From Gracilinanus agilis (Eukaryota), in the NCBI RefSeq assembly GCF_016433145.1, contig NC_058132.1, forward strand, positions 7,688,211 to 7,752,210: a stretch of DNA of 64,000 bases. The letters run 5' to 3'. Below the pieces are notes generated by a model. It was given only the letters and a program-made list of their open reading frames with translations, was not told where the DNA came from and did no database searches. A program made the translations under genes and the position numbers. This document shows positions 35,791 to 48,382 of the stretch, one piece after another (the first letter of the stretch is position 1; each line of letters starts with the position of its first letter).

Positions 35791-38700
35791 TGTCACCCAC
35801 ATCTATTACCAGGGTTAATCTGTACCACCTGAATTTTTTTTATTCAAAGATATTTTATTTTCCCAATTACATGTAATAACTATTTTCAATATATGTTTTC
35901 TGAAATTATAGAGTCCAAATTGTCTCCCTCCCTTTTTTTGCTCTCCCCTCTTGGAAATGGTAAACAATTTGATCTGGGCTATACATGTATTGTCATGCAA
36001 AACATATTCTCGTATTGGTCATTGTTCCATATTGGTCCTTACTGTAAAAACCAAACTCCCAAATAAAACCATAGATAAATGAATGTGGAAGATCGTATGC
36101 TTTGAACCACATCTGACTCCAACAGTTGTTCTCTCGAGGTGGATAGCACAGAATTTTTTTGACCCTTAGTAATATTTTTTTCCCCTGCAATTACATATAG
36201 AAACAATTTTGAACATTTGTTTTCTCACATTTGGAATTCCAAATCCTCTTCCTCCCTCTTTCCCTGTCTCTTCCCCGAGATGGTAAGTAGTTTTCTATAG
36301 GTTATACACGTGCTATCATGCAATGCATGTTTCCATGTTCATTATGTTGCAGAAGAAGACACACATTACTTAAAAAAAACCTCATGAATAAAATAAAGTG
36401 ACGAGTGGTGTGCTTCGATCTGTAAAAATTCAGACTCTTATCAGTTCTTTCTTTGGAGGCGGAGAGCATTTTTCATCATGAGTCCTTTGGAATTGTCTTG
36501 GATCTCTGTATACTGCCAAGAATAGCTAAGTCATGCATGTTGGTCATTGTACCTTATTGCTGTTCCCGTGTTCATTTTTCTCCTGGTTCTACTCATTTCA
36601 TCAGTTCATGTAAGTCTTTCCAGGTTTTTCTGAAATCTTCCTTGTCATCGTTTCTCGTAGCACAATAGTATTCCGTTACAACTCCCTGACAAGTAACATC
36701 CCTTAGAGTAATGCCAGAATATTCTCGAGACTCTAGTCCCCTCCTGTGATTGACTACCTGTCTCCTCCTGTTTTGTAGATCCAAATTCTGTGGAGGCCAA
36801 GGGATGTTCTCCGTCTCCATCTGAAAGAATGGCTAACTCTTCCACATGGGTAATCAACAAAGCTGTTGGGCAATCCTTTGACTTCAGTACACATTTTTGA
36901 AAAATTAAAGTCTTCTCTCTTTGTCTCTAATTTGCTTTATCTCTATGGACAACTTAAGAGTTCAATTAAAAGCTCATTTATCTATGCCCTTAATTACTCA
37001 ATCTCCAAGGACTTTGTGCTTTTACCTTGCTTTGACAACATAACTTTTCCATAAATGACAACAGGAGCCACTGGCCCTGCCTTCTTCTCTGTCTTAATAA
37101 TTCGACCAGTCAGTAGGAACTTTCTCCTCCTTAGTGATGAGGTCCTAAAAATCTTCCAGGAGAATTTTTACCATTAAAACAATCTCAAAATGACTCTAAC
37201 AACTAAAGAATGCATTTAGAAAAAATATATAAAACAACAGTATCCACTAAAAACAGTGGGAAAGTTTTGTCAGAGATGGTCCATACAAATCTGGGACAAA
37301 ATAATTGTGATGGTCAGGAGCTGAGCCAGGAACTTCAGGTCAACCAGGAGTGTCTTTTGTGTCACCCATCTCCATCACAGAGTACAAGTTCTTCGTGGCT
37401 TCTAAACAAGGCTTTTACCATTGAGAAAAAGAATGATTCTAACAAAGGCTCTCATTAAAAAAATTTAATTGAACCACAAGATATTAAAAAAAAAAAGCAA
37501 TAAACAAGCAAGCCCTAAAACTCCTGCTTAGAGCCCCAAATATAATGGGCCAAGCCTACATTTCACTTTAATTTAATGTAATCAAAAGTATCCATTTCTT
37601 TTTTCATGATATTCTCTGTGCCTTATTTGGTCATAAATTCTTTCCTTATCCATAAGTCTGACAGGTAAACTTTTTCCATGTTCCCCTAATTTGTTTATGA
37701 TGTCACCCTTTATTTCTAGATCAAATATCCATTTTTACTTTATCCTGGTATATGGTGGGAGATGTTGGTCTCTGCCATACTATTTTCCAGTTTTCCCAAC
37801 AGTTTTTGTCAAATAGTGAGTTCTTCCCCCAATAGCTTAGATCTTTGGGTTATCAAACACTAGGTTAGTATGATCATTTGCTACTCTGTGTGTTGATTTC
37901 CTAAGCTATTCCATTGCTCCACTACTCTGTTTCTTAGCTAGTAACAGATTGTTTTGATGATTACTACTTTATAGTAGAGTTTGAGATCTTTTAGGCTAGT
38001 TATCTTTCAAATTTTTTTCATTAATTACCTTGATATCCTTGACCTTTTGTTCTTTCAGATGAATTCTGTTGTTTTTTCTAGTTCTAGAAAATAATTTTGG
38101 GGTAGTTTGATTGGTATGGCACTGAATAGGTAAATTAATTTAGGTAGGATTATCCTTTTTATTGGCTCACCCTATCCATGAGCAATTAATATTTTTCCAA
38201 TTTTTGCATGACTTTATTTGTATGAAAAATGTTTTGTAATTGTGCTCAAATAGTTGCTGGGTTTATTTTGGTAAGTATACGCCTAGGATTTTTATATCGT
38301 TGAGTTATTTTAAATGGAATTCCCTTTTCTATCACTTGCTGTTGAACTTTGTTGGTGGTAAATAGAAATGTTGGTGATTTTTATGGGTTTATTTTCTATC
38401 CTGCAACTTTACTAACATTGTTCATTGTTTCTATTAGTTTTTTTTTCAGTTGATTCTCTGGAGTTTTCTCTGTATACCATCATATCATCTGCAAAGAGTC
38501 ACAGTTTTGTTTCCTCATTGCCTATTTTAATGCCCTCAATTTCTTTTTTTTGCTCTTATTGCCATAGCTAGTGTTTCTAGCACAATATTAAATAATAGTG
38601 GTGATGATGAGCTTCACTCCTGATCTCACTGGGAACTAGTTTATCCCCATTACAGATAATGCTTGCTGATGGTTTTAGGTAGATTCCCTTTATCACTTCA

Positions 38701-38816
38701 AGGACAGCTCTTTTTCTTACAATGTTTTTGTAAGAAAAGGATGTTATATTTTGTCAAAGGCTTTTTCTGCTTCTATTGACATAATCAAATGGTTTCTGTT
38801 GGCTTTGTTATTGAGA

Positions 38817-39420
38817 TGTGTGAATTACATATCTGGGGGGGGGGGGGGTCTACAAACCAGTCCAGTTCTGGAAGTCTTAAGCCATAGGAGTCACAGAACC
38901 ATGTGGCTTAATTGCCAGCACGGCAGTTGAGATTCCTGACTGGTTGAAATCAAAGTCAGCGGCTGTGACCTGTGAGGCCTGAGGTTAAACCTTGGCCAAT
39001 TGGAGGATCTTGAACTTGAAAAGCCAGCACAGTTCAGCACACTCCAGTGCTTAGCCACTCTTTGGACTTTTGAAAGGAGCTTTCTCTCAGCCATCCTGCC
39101 GCTTATCTCTGGCAAGCAGAGCAGTGGGACCAGGCCAGGCTGGGAATCCAGGAACTTGGGCTCTTGGGCTCTGGTCCCTTCCTAAACTCAAGGCTGCTCC
39201 TTGGTTGGCCTTAATTTGGATGGCCCAACCATGTGGTAGCTGGGCCTCTGAATCCTTATCCATTTCACAAGCGCTTAGAGAAGCAGGGACCTGATGGAGC
39301 AGAATTATCTCGATTGGAGACTTACTTTAAGTTACAAAGTCTGGAAACCTTATTTCTCTTTACTGACAAATACTTATAAATTTAGTATAAAGTCTCCAAG
39401 ATTAATTTTTATTCATAACA
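38817..39420 (+). mobile_element. Probable solo LTR inserted in L1
   Basis: TG...CA termini; TSD GAGA/GATA; L1 sequence resumes contiguously on both sides. Confidence 0.6.
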
Positions 39421-40086
39421 GATAAGATCAATTATGCTGACAGTTTAAAACATTGAATCATCCCTGAATTCTTGACATAAAATTTATTCTGGTCACCATG
39501 TATTATCCTTGGGCTACAATGCTGTGATCTCCTTGCTAGAATTTTATTTAAAATTTTGGGATTAATATTCATTAAGGAGATTGGTCTATAAATTCTTGCT
39601 GATAATGGAAGTAAACCATCACCTCCTCTGAAATGAGTAATCATTTTGTTTCTTCTTTGCTTCTACTTATTCCATCCATTTCATTTTCTTGTCATATTTC
39701 TATGGCCAACATTTTTGGAAGAATAACAAATAACAGTGGTGGGGAAGACCATCTGTCCTTGATCCATGATCTTACTGGAAAGGCCCTGAACACACCTCTC
39801 TTATAGAATATATGAGTTTGGGGTTTTAGATAGGTATCATTTTCATCATTAAGGAAAGAGAGGTTTATTTGTTCCTTTGCTTTTTAATAATTTTAACATA
39901 AAGCAATATAGTTTATCAAATTCTGTTTCTATGAATGAATAAAAAAATCATTTATTCTATTTATTGATATAATCATTTGGCTTTTTAATTAATATATTCT
40001 ATTATTTTTATAGCTTTCTTGATACTAATTAATGTTGCATTCCTTATGTAAACCCAATCTGGTCATAGTATATATCTTTTTATTTC

Positions 40087-40284
40087 TTTTTAAACCCTTA
40101 CTTTCCAGCTTGGAATCAATACTGTGTATTGGTTCCAAGGCAGAAGAGTGGTAAGGGCTAGGCAATGGGGGTCAAATGACTTGCCCAGGGTCACACAGCT
40201 GGGAAGTGTCTGAGGCCAGATTTGAACCTAGGACCTCCCATCTCTAGGCCTGGCTCTCCATCCACTGAGCTACCCAGCTGCCCC
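40087..40284 (-). mobile_element. Young SINE1_Mdo-like SINE
   Basis: Near-consensus full length; tatatctttt TSD. Confidence 0.9.
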
Positions 40285-41950
40285 TTATATCTTTTAATAT
40301 GTTGTTGTAGCCTCTTTGCTAATATTTTATTCGATAATTATGAGTCAATGTTCATTAGAAGTAATGATAATAGCTTTCTTTCTCTGCTTTATCTTTCCCT
40401 GGTTTAGATGTTAGGGCCATATTTAGCTCTTGAAAGACATTTTGTGGGATATTTATTTTTGCAAAATATATACAATATTGAAATTAATTGTTCTTTGAAT
40501 CTTGATAGAATTGAAAAAGGATTTTAGAAAAAGAGCGAAACCATCCATGAACACACTGAGTCATCATCCCTCTATACACTCACTTTCTTACACTTACACT
40601 CAGTGTCAGAGGCATGGCCTGCAGTGGGCATAGATAGAGGCAGACAGATAGCAGGAAAGCCCATGGAATTCCAGTTCCAAGCCTAGCCTTCTCTGGAAAG
40701 TCAGATTTTCTGCCCTGTCACTGGTAATATTAAAGAAAGTGGCTTCATAAGAAATCAGATTTTCAGGGACTGAGAAATGAATGGCTGATGAGAAAGCAGG
40801 AGCAAAAAGAATACAAGACATTCTCTAGAGCTTTATTGAAAAATAAAGAAGAGATCCAAGATGCACCATGGTGAAGTGGGTAGAGTCCTTAACATGGAGT
40901 GAGGAAGATCTGACCTTGAAACCGAGATTCAGAAGTGGAAATACTGAATACTCAATTGCCACTGGCCCTGTAGTACATCTGCCTGGTGTGTATTGTTCCT
41001 ATATTGTGAGCTGTCTGTGTGTCCTTATGGATTTATCTAAATGTGTCTTACAGAGAGACATGACTAGACATCTCTGAATCTCAACCAGCCTTCTGAAGGA
41101 GAGATTTTGATTTCTGCCTGCAGGGGAGCAGAGAGAGTCTATATTCCAGCCAAAATAACATGCTTACTGTTTTCTGACCTTAACTTCCTACCTTTGAACC
41201 TTTGAACAGGCAACCCCTGTCTGTGCCTGGATTATATTCCTAATAACCTCTACCCTTAACCTCCCTCAAGGCTCAGTGAATATGCTACCTCCTTCAGGAA
41301 GCCTTCCCTAATTTATTAGTTGCTTTTTTTTCTCCTTGTTCAAAACATCCTTCTTATCTGTTTATATGTTATATCCATTCAGATAATTAAAGCTTCTTAG
41401 GTCAGAGTTGTTTTGTTTTTTTTGTTTGTTTGTTTGTTTTTGACTTTGTATCCCTATCATCTGGCACAGACCCTTCCAAAGAGTAGATGTTTAATGAATG
41501 CTTGTTAGAACCATATGAAAAAATGCTACCAATCACTCAAAAGTGTTCTTGTTCCATTGTTGTCAGTTGTGTACAACTTTTTGGGATCCCATTTGGGGTT
41601 TTCTTGGCAGAGATATTGGAGTGATTTTTCTTTTCTTCTCAGTTCATTTACAGATGGGGAATTGGGACAAATAGGATTAAATGACTTGTCCAGGGTCACA
41701 TAGCTAGTAAGTGTCTAGGGCTGGATTTGAACTTATAAAGATGAGTTTTCTTGATTCCAAGACTAGTGCTCTACCCACTGCACTACAATAACACTGAAAA
41801 TTAGCAAACTACAAATTAAAGCCACTTTAAAGTCCTACCTCACTCTCATCAGATGGGCAAAGACAACAAAAACAGGAAATAACAAATGTTGGAGTGGCTT
41901 TGGGATAACAAACTCATGTTGGTGAGGTTAAGAATTGGTCTGGGGTGGGA

Positions 41951-42342
41951 TTGGGGGGTCAGTGGATGGAGAGTCAGGCCTAGAGACGGGAGGTCCAAGG
42001 TTCAAATTTGACCTCAGACACTTCCCAGCTGGGTGACCCTGGGCAAGTCACTTGATCCCCATTGCCCACCCTTACCACTCTTCCAACTAGGAGCCAATAC
42101 ACAGAAGTTAAGGGTTTAAAAAAAAAAGAATTGGTTCAGGGGGCAGCTGGGTGGCTCAGTGGATGGAGAGCCAGGCCTAGAGATGGGAGGTCCTAAGATC
42201 AAATCTGACCTCAGACACTTCCCAGCTGTGTGACCCTGGGCAAGTCACTTGACCCCCATTGCCTACCCTTACCACTCTTCTGCCTTGGAACCAATACAAC
42301 GTATTGACTCTAAGACGAAAGGTAAGGGTTTAAAAAAAAAAA
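41951..42342 (+). mobile_element. Two head-to-tail SINE1_Mdo-like SINEs inside an L1 fragment
   Basis: Copies ~41951-42127 and ~42138-42342; target sequence aa(g)aattggt present three times. Confidence 0.9.
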
Positions 42343-42607
42343 TTGGTCCATCCATACTGGGATGCAACTTGGAACTATGCCCAGGACATTCCCAAAGTGT
42401 TCCTACTTTTTGACCCAGCTATAGCGCTAGGAGGCCTGTGCCCAAAAGAAAGAGGAAAAAGACTCATCTCTACAAAAATATAGGGGCTCTTTAGCCAGTG
42501 GGGGGGGGGTACCCTGCCCATCGATTAAGGAATGGTTGAACCAAGTATGGTATAGGAACATGATTAATTATAATTAGGCCATGAAAAACCAGGAAAGGCA
42601 TAGTTTT

Positions 42608-42810
42608 TTTTTGTTTTTTGTTGTTTTTTTTTTAAACCCTTGTACTTCGGTGTATTGTCTCATAGGTGGAAGATTGGTAAGGGTGGGCAATGGGGGTCAA
42701 GTGACTTGCCCAGGGTCACCCAGCTGGGAAGTGGCTGAGGCCGGGTTTGAACCCAGGACCTCCTGTCTCTAGGCCTGACTCTCACTCCACTGAGCTACCC
42801 AGCTGCCCCC
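42608..42810 (-). mobile_element. Young SINE1_Mdo-like SINE
   Basis: 15-bp TSD GAAAGGCATAGTTTT at 42593 and 42811. Confidence 0.93.
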
Positions 42811-43264
42811 GAAAGGCATAGTTTTAGTGAAGCCTGGGAGTCCCCTGTGAACTGATGCAGAGTGAAACGAATAGAACCAGGAGTCAAGGATTGATACAGT
42901 CACAGCACTGTAGAGAAGGAACTTTGAAAACCTTTGAACCGACCGACCCCAACTCCAGAGAATCCTTGACGAAGCCGACTCGGCACCTGAGGACAAAGTG
43001 CCAATGAGCCCAAGGTGAAGAATGAAGGAGGCATCCGTTTGGGGGCAATCCAGGCTGGGGATTTGTTCTGTCTGTCTGTCTGTCACATTTGTTATGAGTT
43101 TGGAGTTGTTGTTTTTAAATTTCAGCGTGAGAAAAGGTGAGGCTAGGGATAAAGTTAACGAAAGAGAGAGAAGGTGGAATAGAGAAGGCAGCACAGGGGA
43201 TAGAATGGTCCCGGCCTGGAGATGAGAGGATCTGAGTTCAAATGTGACCTCAGATACCCCCTAG

Positions 43265-44207
43265 TGTAGGATTTAAATTAATGCGCAAGACATTAGGTAT
43301 GGATGGGGACGAGGACTCGTGGACCAGGGATCTGGGGTTGGAGCCGAATGGGAAAGTGGCTGACTACTGGCCTTTGATAGTCGGGGAGAACAGAGCGAAG
43401 AGAAGGGCTGGAGAGCCTCAAGGCTGCAGTGAAGAGAAGCTCCAAGCAGCGAGGATGGATGAGGCGACAGTTATTCGGGTTCTCAAGAATTAGTGGCTCT
43501 AAAGAAGTGGAAGCCGAGGGTTGCCCATCCCCGGGGGCGTGAGAACGCGAAGATGCGGGGTCGGAGGAGCAGAAAAGCCTGGAAAGCCTGGTAGAACCCG
43601 ATGCAAAGCGGAGGGAGCAGAACCCGCAGGAGCGGCATCCGCGAGCAGAAATCTTACTGGACGATCCGCTGTGGACTAAACCATTCCCAGCACAGCCCGG
43701 GGGTCCCAATGAAAATGCTGCCCGCAGCCCAAGAAGGCCACCTGCCACGGTACTTCCTCCGTGACATTTCTGTTGTATGTGCGCCGTGTCATGACACGGA
43801 AGTATGTTTTACACGAACGCGATTACATCCACGACTAGAGGCGAGCGAGAGAGGAAAGCTCAATTTGAGGTCCGGAACTGTCAAGGGCGCCAGTCGTCCT
43901 CATCCTCTTGGTCCTCCCCGCCCTTTAGCACAATGCCCGCAGTCTACCACGTAGGGCCTTATACTCCGTGCTTTGGTCCTCGCTTTCCCTACTCTCGCTT
44001 CCCTCCCCTGCCCTCTCCTGGTCCAAGAGGTTACCCACGAAGTCTTATACACTCGGCGTTTCTCCTCTCCACAGAGCCCGGCCTGGATTCGCCACAGCGC
44101 CTGCGCACCTTCAACTCCTCCCCCTCATTCATGTTCCTCCCTCCTTTTCGCCTCCGTCCCGGACGCCCCTCGGCCCAGCCGGAGGCCGGGGGACTCCACT
44201 TCCCACA
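43265..44207 (-). mobile_element. Possible CpG-rich LTR-like element
   Basis: TGTAGGATTTAAATT...GGACTCCACTTCCCACA termini resemble marsupial LTR ends and it truncates a MIR; no TSD found. Confidence 0.35.
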
Positions 44208-45100
44208 ATCCACGGCGGCTTCTGAGTCCTTCAGAGAACTGAGGCAGCGCCAGGAAGGCCTCTGGGTAGCAGAGTCCGGGAGCTCGGTGCGCGCAGGCGC
44301 AGTGGGAATCCGGCCCGGGCCCGGAGGGAGGGAGTGAAGGAAGGAAGCGGCCTTTGTCCTGGGCCGGACACTGCAAGCACGGGCGGGGGGTGAGTCCTCC
44401 CCGGGGGGCTACAGAGGGAAGGGATGTGGAGAGGAGAGAGAGGCCGAGGGGAGCCGAGGGGGAGGGGGACAAAGGGGGCTGGGGACGGGAGCAGAGAAGG
44501 CCAGGCCCAGGGGGCGGGGATTGGGCAGGGGTAGGAAGGGGAGGAGCCAAGAGGCTGCTGATTGGGGCAGGCGAGGGAGGGGCCTGAAATGACCCGCCCC
44601 TCACGAGGCGGGGCCAATGGGGTGCCCCGCCCCGTCCCACCCACCCCCTGGAGTGCCCTCCTCTGGGCGCTGATGTCCCTCAGAGAAACTGACCCGCTTG
44701 TCATAACAAATAAGTTTCACTCTTTTATTGAAAAAACCTTCCCCGGGGCTCTCCGGCCTTGCTGTAGGGACGGGGCACGGAGCACTGGCTCTGGAGCTGG
44801 AGGATCTGAGTGCGAATCCCTGCTCTGCCCCCCACCAACCCCTCCTCTGTGGCATGAGGGGGCTGGACGGATGGTTTCTCGGTCTCCAGTGTGTGCGCGC
44901 GCGCGCGTGCTTGCCTGGAGTGGGGGGGGGGGGCGGGGCAGGGGTTTGGGCCCGGGCTCTGGGGCAGGCCGCGGTTAGTGACAGTGCCCGAGTCTGGCCC
45001 GGGATGGTGAGAGCCGCCCCGGATCCCCCTCCGCCACATCGAGGCTTTGGGACTCGGCATTTCCCGGCTTCCAGCCAGTTCTCGGGATCCCCAATCGCTG
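44200..45100 (+). promoter_or_regulatory. CpG-island promoter and first exon of gene 2
   Basis: CpG-rich; NRF1-like TGCGCGCAGGCGCA ~44288; donor GGG|GTGAGT at 44389/90; ATTGG 44520 and 44561, CCAAT ~44615. Confidence 0.7.
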
Positions 45101-47541
45101 TCCCTGCCGGTTCTCCGCCATCCCCCCGGGAAGGTGCTTCATGTGCTCTCCTTCTGTCCTGCCTCTCCTCCAGGCAGCCTTGGCTCGGGGTCAGGGTATG
45201 GGCGAAGGGGGAGATCAGGCCTGGGGAGGATCCTCCGGAGAGTTGGGGGGCCGCACCGCTGACAGTGGGCTTGGAGAGCCTCTGCCACCCACCGCCAAGC
45301 CATGGCCTCCGGGGCTGGGGGAGGCTCCTGGCCTGGTAGGCCAGGTCGGGCGTGGAGAGGATTCCTGTTCCCCCGGCCAGACCAGCTGCCCGTCCCTTGC
45401 CGTCCTGGGAGATGCCTGCCCACCCGAGGGTGCTGGGGCACCGGACCTGGCAGCTCCTCTGAGGACCCCACTGCCGCGCTGCTGTCCCGCTGCCTCGGGC
45501 TACTGAGCTCCCCTCCCAGCTCTGAGGCTTTCTGTATCTGCAGGAGCCTCGCTGCCTCGGAAGCGGGAGCTCCTCCTTCTGCCCTGGCAGTGCCCGGCAC
45601 ATGGGGGGGGGGGGCTGGCAGATCCTGGCCTTTGGGGCCCGGCCTGGGCGGCCTCCGACTATCATCCCCCTCCGGTTGGTGTCGAATCCACTCATGGCAC
45701 CTCTTGAATTTGCCCCCCGTTTCCTGGGCACGGTGCCCTCCCTGGTACCCGGGCTATAGCCTTAGCCCCCCGCTGGGGCTCTGCCTGCCTCCGGCCTCTC
45801 CCCATCTGGGCCACCTTCCACTCAGCTGTCAGAGCGGTTGTTTCTCAGCTCAGGAAACTGGTTCTCGGTCACCCCCGGGATCCCCCATAGAATCCTCCAG
45901 CTGGCCGGGCCCTTCCTAGTCTTTGTGCCCCTCCGACCTCTCGGCCTCCTTGCGCTTCCTCACACCGGACATCCGTCAGCTCCTGCCATTTCTCTGACTG
46001 ACTCTCTCCTCCGAGCTGACCACTGACCTCCCTGGCTTCTTTTGAGGCCCAGATAAAGGCCACCTTCTCCAGGAAGCCTTCCCTGGGCCTTCCGAGCTGT
46101 TGGCTCCCCAACAAGCCCCCCTCACTCGCCCAGAGCCTGGCACTTAGTTTATGTGAGGTGACTGTCAGGGCGGATTGGCGCCTTCAAGGGCTTGTGACTG
46201 GCCCAGGGTCACCCGGTCAGGGTGTCAGAGGTGCTCTGCCCGCCCCCTTTCTCTGTGCTTTGAATGCTCAAAATTGGCCCCAGAGGAAGGGCCAGAATCG
46301 GGGCTCTCGCAGCCTCTGTGGAGCAACCTGCGGGGGGGGGGGCGAGTCTCCTCCCCTCCAGAGCTGCCCCCGCTGTCCCCAGACATCTTTCAGCACAGGC
46401 TGGGCAGCTCCCAGGCGGTTCTGTTCAGGTGCACATTGGACCAGGTTGCTCTGGTGACCCTCCCAGATCCGGATGTTCTTGGTGACGCCAGGCCTCGAGG
46501 AGAGCCAGCCGCCCTCTTCCATCTTCTCCCGTCTTCTCTCTCTCCAGCTCCGCTGTGTGTCGGTCTCTGCCGATGACTCTGGATCCCCAGGTGGAGAGGA
46601 GAGAGGCCTGGGCCGGAAGGTGGGGGGCCTGGGCTCTACCCCGGGCTGCCTGTGTGACCCTGGGGCAGTCACTCCCCCTCTGCGCACCCCGGCTTTCCCG
46701 CCTGGAAAGTAGCCATCATGCAGGAGGACTGGAGACCCTCGAGGAGGCGAGGGAGACCCCGGAGGAAAGTGGAATCCGTGTTCTCGGGGACAGGGGTGAG
46801 TGCGAGCAGCGGGCCCAGGGTGGCCTTAGGACACACAGACCACTGTCCAGACTGCCGTCTCCCTCCGGCCCCTTCCTCCGGCTGTCCGGCTCTCTGGTGG
46901 TCACTTGTGCTCCGGCCTCCCTCAATAACCCCAGAGAGTCTCCCTCCAGTCTCGGGTTTTCTCTTCTGTAAAAGCCGGAGGGAAGGGCTAGATGGAACGA
47001 GTCGGCGTCTCTCTCGTCTCTGTGACTGGCTCTGCGTCCAGCCTGTGGCGCTCCCTCCTTGTCCCTCTCTTTGTGCCTCTGTCCCTACATGTCCCTCCCT
47101 GGGTGTGACGGTCCGCACGGAGGGGTCCGCAGGGGTCCGCAGGCCCGACGGCCTCTCTCCAGCCAGGGGGCTGGGCCTGTGTCTCTCCCCAGCACTGAGC
47201 CCAGGACTGAGGTCCCTTCATAGCTCTGCTCTCCTGCTCTGGAAAGGGGCCCTCCGAGACCCTCGGGCAGTGGTCAGCGCTGTGGAAGCCCCTGAGCAAA
47301 GGAGTGACCCCCCGGCTCCTTCCGCTGCTGTGTAGAGGCTGTGTGGAGGACGGATCTGGGCGAGTGGAAGGAAGCCGGGAGGCAGCCCTGGGAGTCTGGG
47401 GAGACCTGCCGAGGACTGGAGGGGGCTTGTGGTGCGGCAGGACGAGGAGGGACGGCAGGCCCGAGACTTGGGCAGGAGCGAGGGAGGATGGATGATAGCC
47501 GGTGGGCCTGGATGGCCGGCGACTGGGGGGGGGGCGAGAGA

Positions 47542-47620
47542 NNNNNNNNNNNNNNNNNNNNNNNNNNNNNNNNNNNNNNNNNNNNNNNNNNNNNNNNNNN
47601 NNNNNNNNNNNNNNNNNNNN
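47542..47620. other. Assembly gap (79 N)
   Basis: N run; both flanks carry nearly the same cgactgggggggggg(c)cgagaga sequence. Confidence 0.95.
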
Positions 47621-48104
47621 CGACTGGGGGGGGGGCCGAGAGAGAAGGATGGGGTGGAGGGGGAGGGGGGGCAGCCCTTCTGGGGAGGGGAATTCCCAGA
47701 TGATGCAAGGAGCACTCAGAGCCTCAGAGGTTTGCTGAGTTGGGGCTAAATGGTCTCCTCCACGTGTGTGGGGGGCCCCCGAGGCCACTTGTCCTGCTCC
47801 GGCCGCCGCAGCGGCTCTCTCGGAGAAGTTAACGAGGGCTTGGGGCGATTGTGGCCAGCCTGAGATGGTCCCGAGAGAGCCTGAGGAAGCGGCCACAGGC
47901 CGGGCCAGGGAGGCTGCTCGGGGGGCTCCGGGAGCTCCCCAGCTCTGCCCCATCCGGGATGGGCCGTACTGGGGGGCCCCGCAGGATCCGGTTGTGTAGA
48001 AGAGGTGCGGCGGGCCCCAGGCCGGCCGGCCCTTGACCCCCCGCTCTTGTCTTTCCCCAGCGCCTGCCACTCCAGGCTGCGCCCTTCCCCCAGAGGAGGC
48101 TGGA

Positions 48105-48137
48105 ATGGCTGCCGGACTGCTGCTGCCCCGGGCCCAG
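48105..48137 (+). CDS. Gene 2 (KRAB-C2H2 ZNF) first coding exon, MAAGLLLPRAQ (exon 48061..48137)
   Basis: Acceptor ctttccccag at 48060, donor CAG|GTACGT, phase 0; typical KRAB-ZNF leader peptide. Confidence 0.85.
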
Positions 48138-48382
48138 GTACGTTGGAGGCTCCCAGACCCCCCCCCACACCACCCCCCCGGCTTCTCCGTCCTTCTTGGA
48201 CCCAGATTCCAGGCGGCGCTTCCCTCAGAGGATCTGCCGGCTGATGTCCACCCCCCTCGCTCCCCCCATGGCCATTGTCAAGTCTCGGGCCCTGCCATCC
48301 CTCCTCATCCTGCTCGCCGAGTCTGTGGCCCCGTGTCTGGCCCCCCTCCCTTTGGGGAGCCCCCTCAGGATTCCTCCCATTT

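Larger units (their letters stand above)
35820..40520 (-). mobile_element. Fragmented L1 elements (3'UTR and ORF2) with nested LTR and SINE
   Basis: Reverse L1 ORF2 segments, e.g. minus translation RPISLMNINPKILNKILARR (39432-39644). Confidence 0.75.

Noticed and set aside
44715-44735. Minus-strand AATAAA inside the CpG island
   Set aside because: Context resembles an L2 3' tail remnant; no upstream minus-strand gene is evident.
46548-46590. Possible alternative coding exon MTLDPQ that could splice to gene 2's KRAB-A
   Set aside because: Weak donor (GTGGAG); more likely a 5'UTR exon or chance, and not supportable without transcripts.
47515-47645. Direct repeat flanking the N gap
   Set aside because: Near-identical G-run sequence on both sides of a gap most likely reflects an unresolved overlap, not biology.
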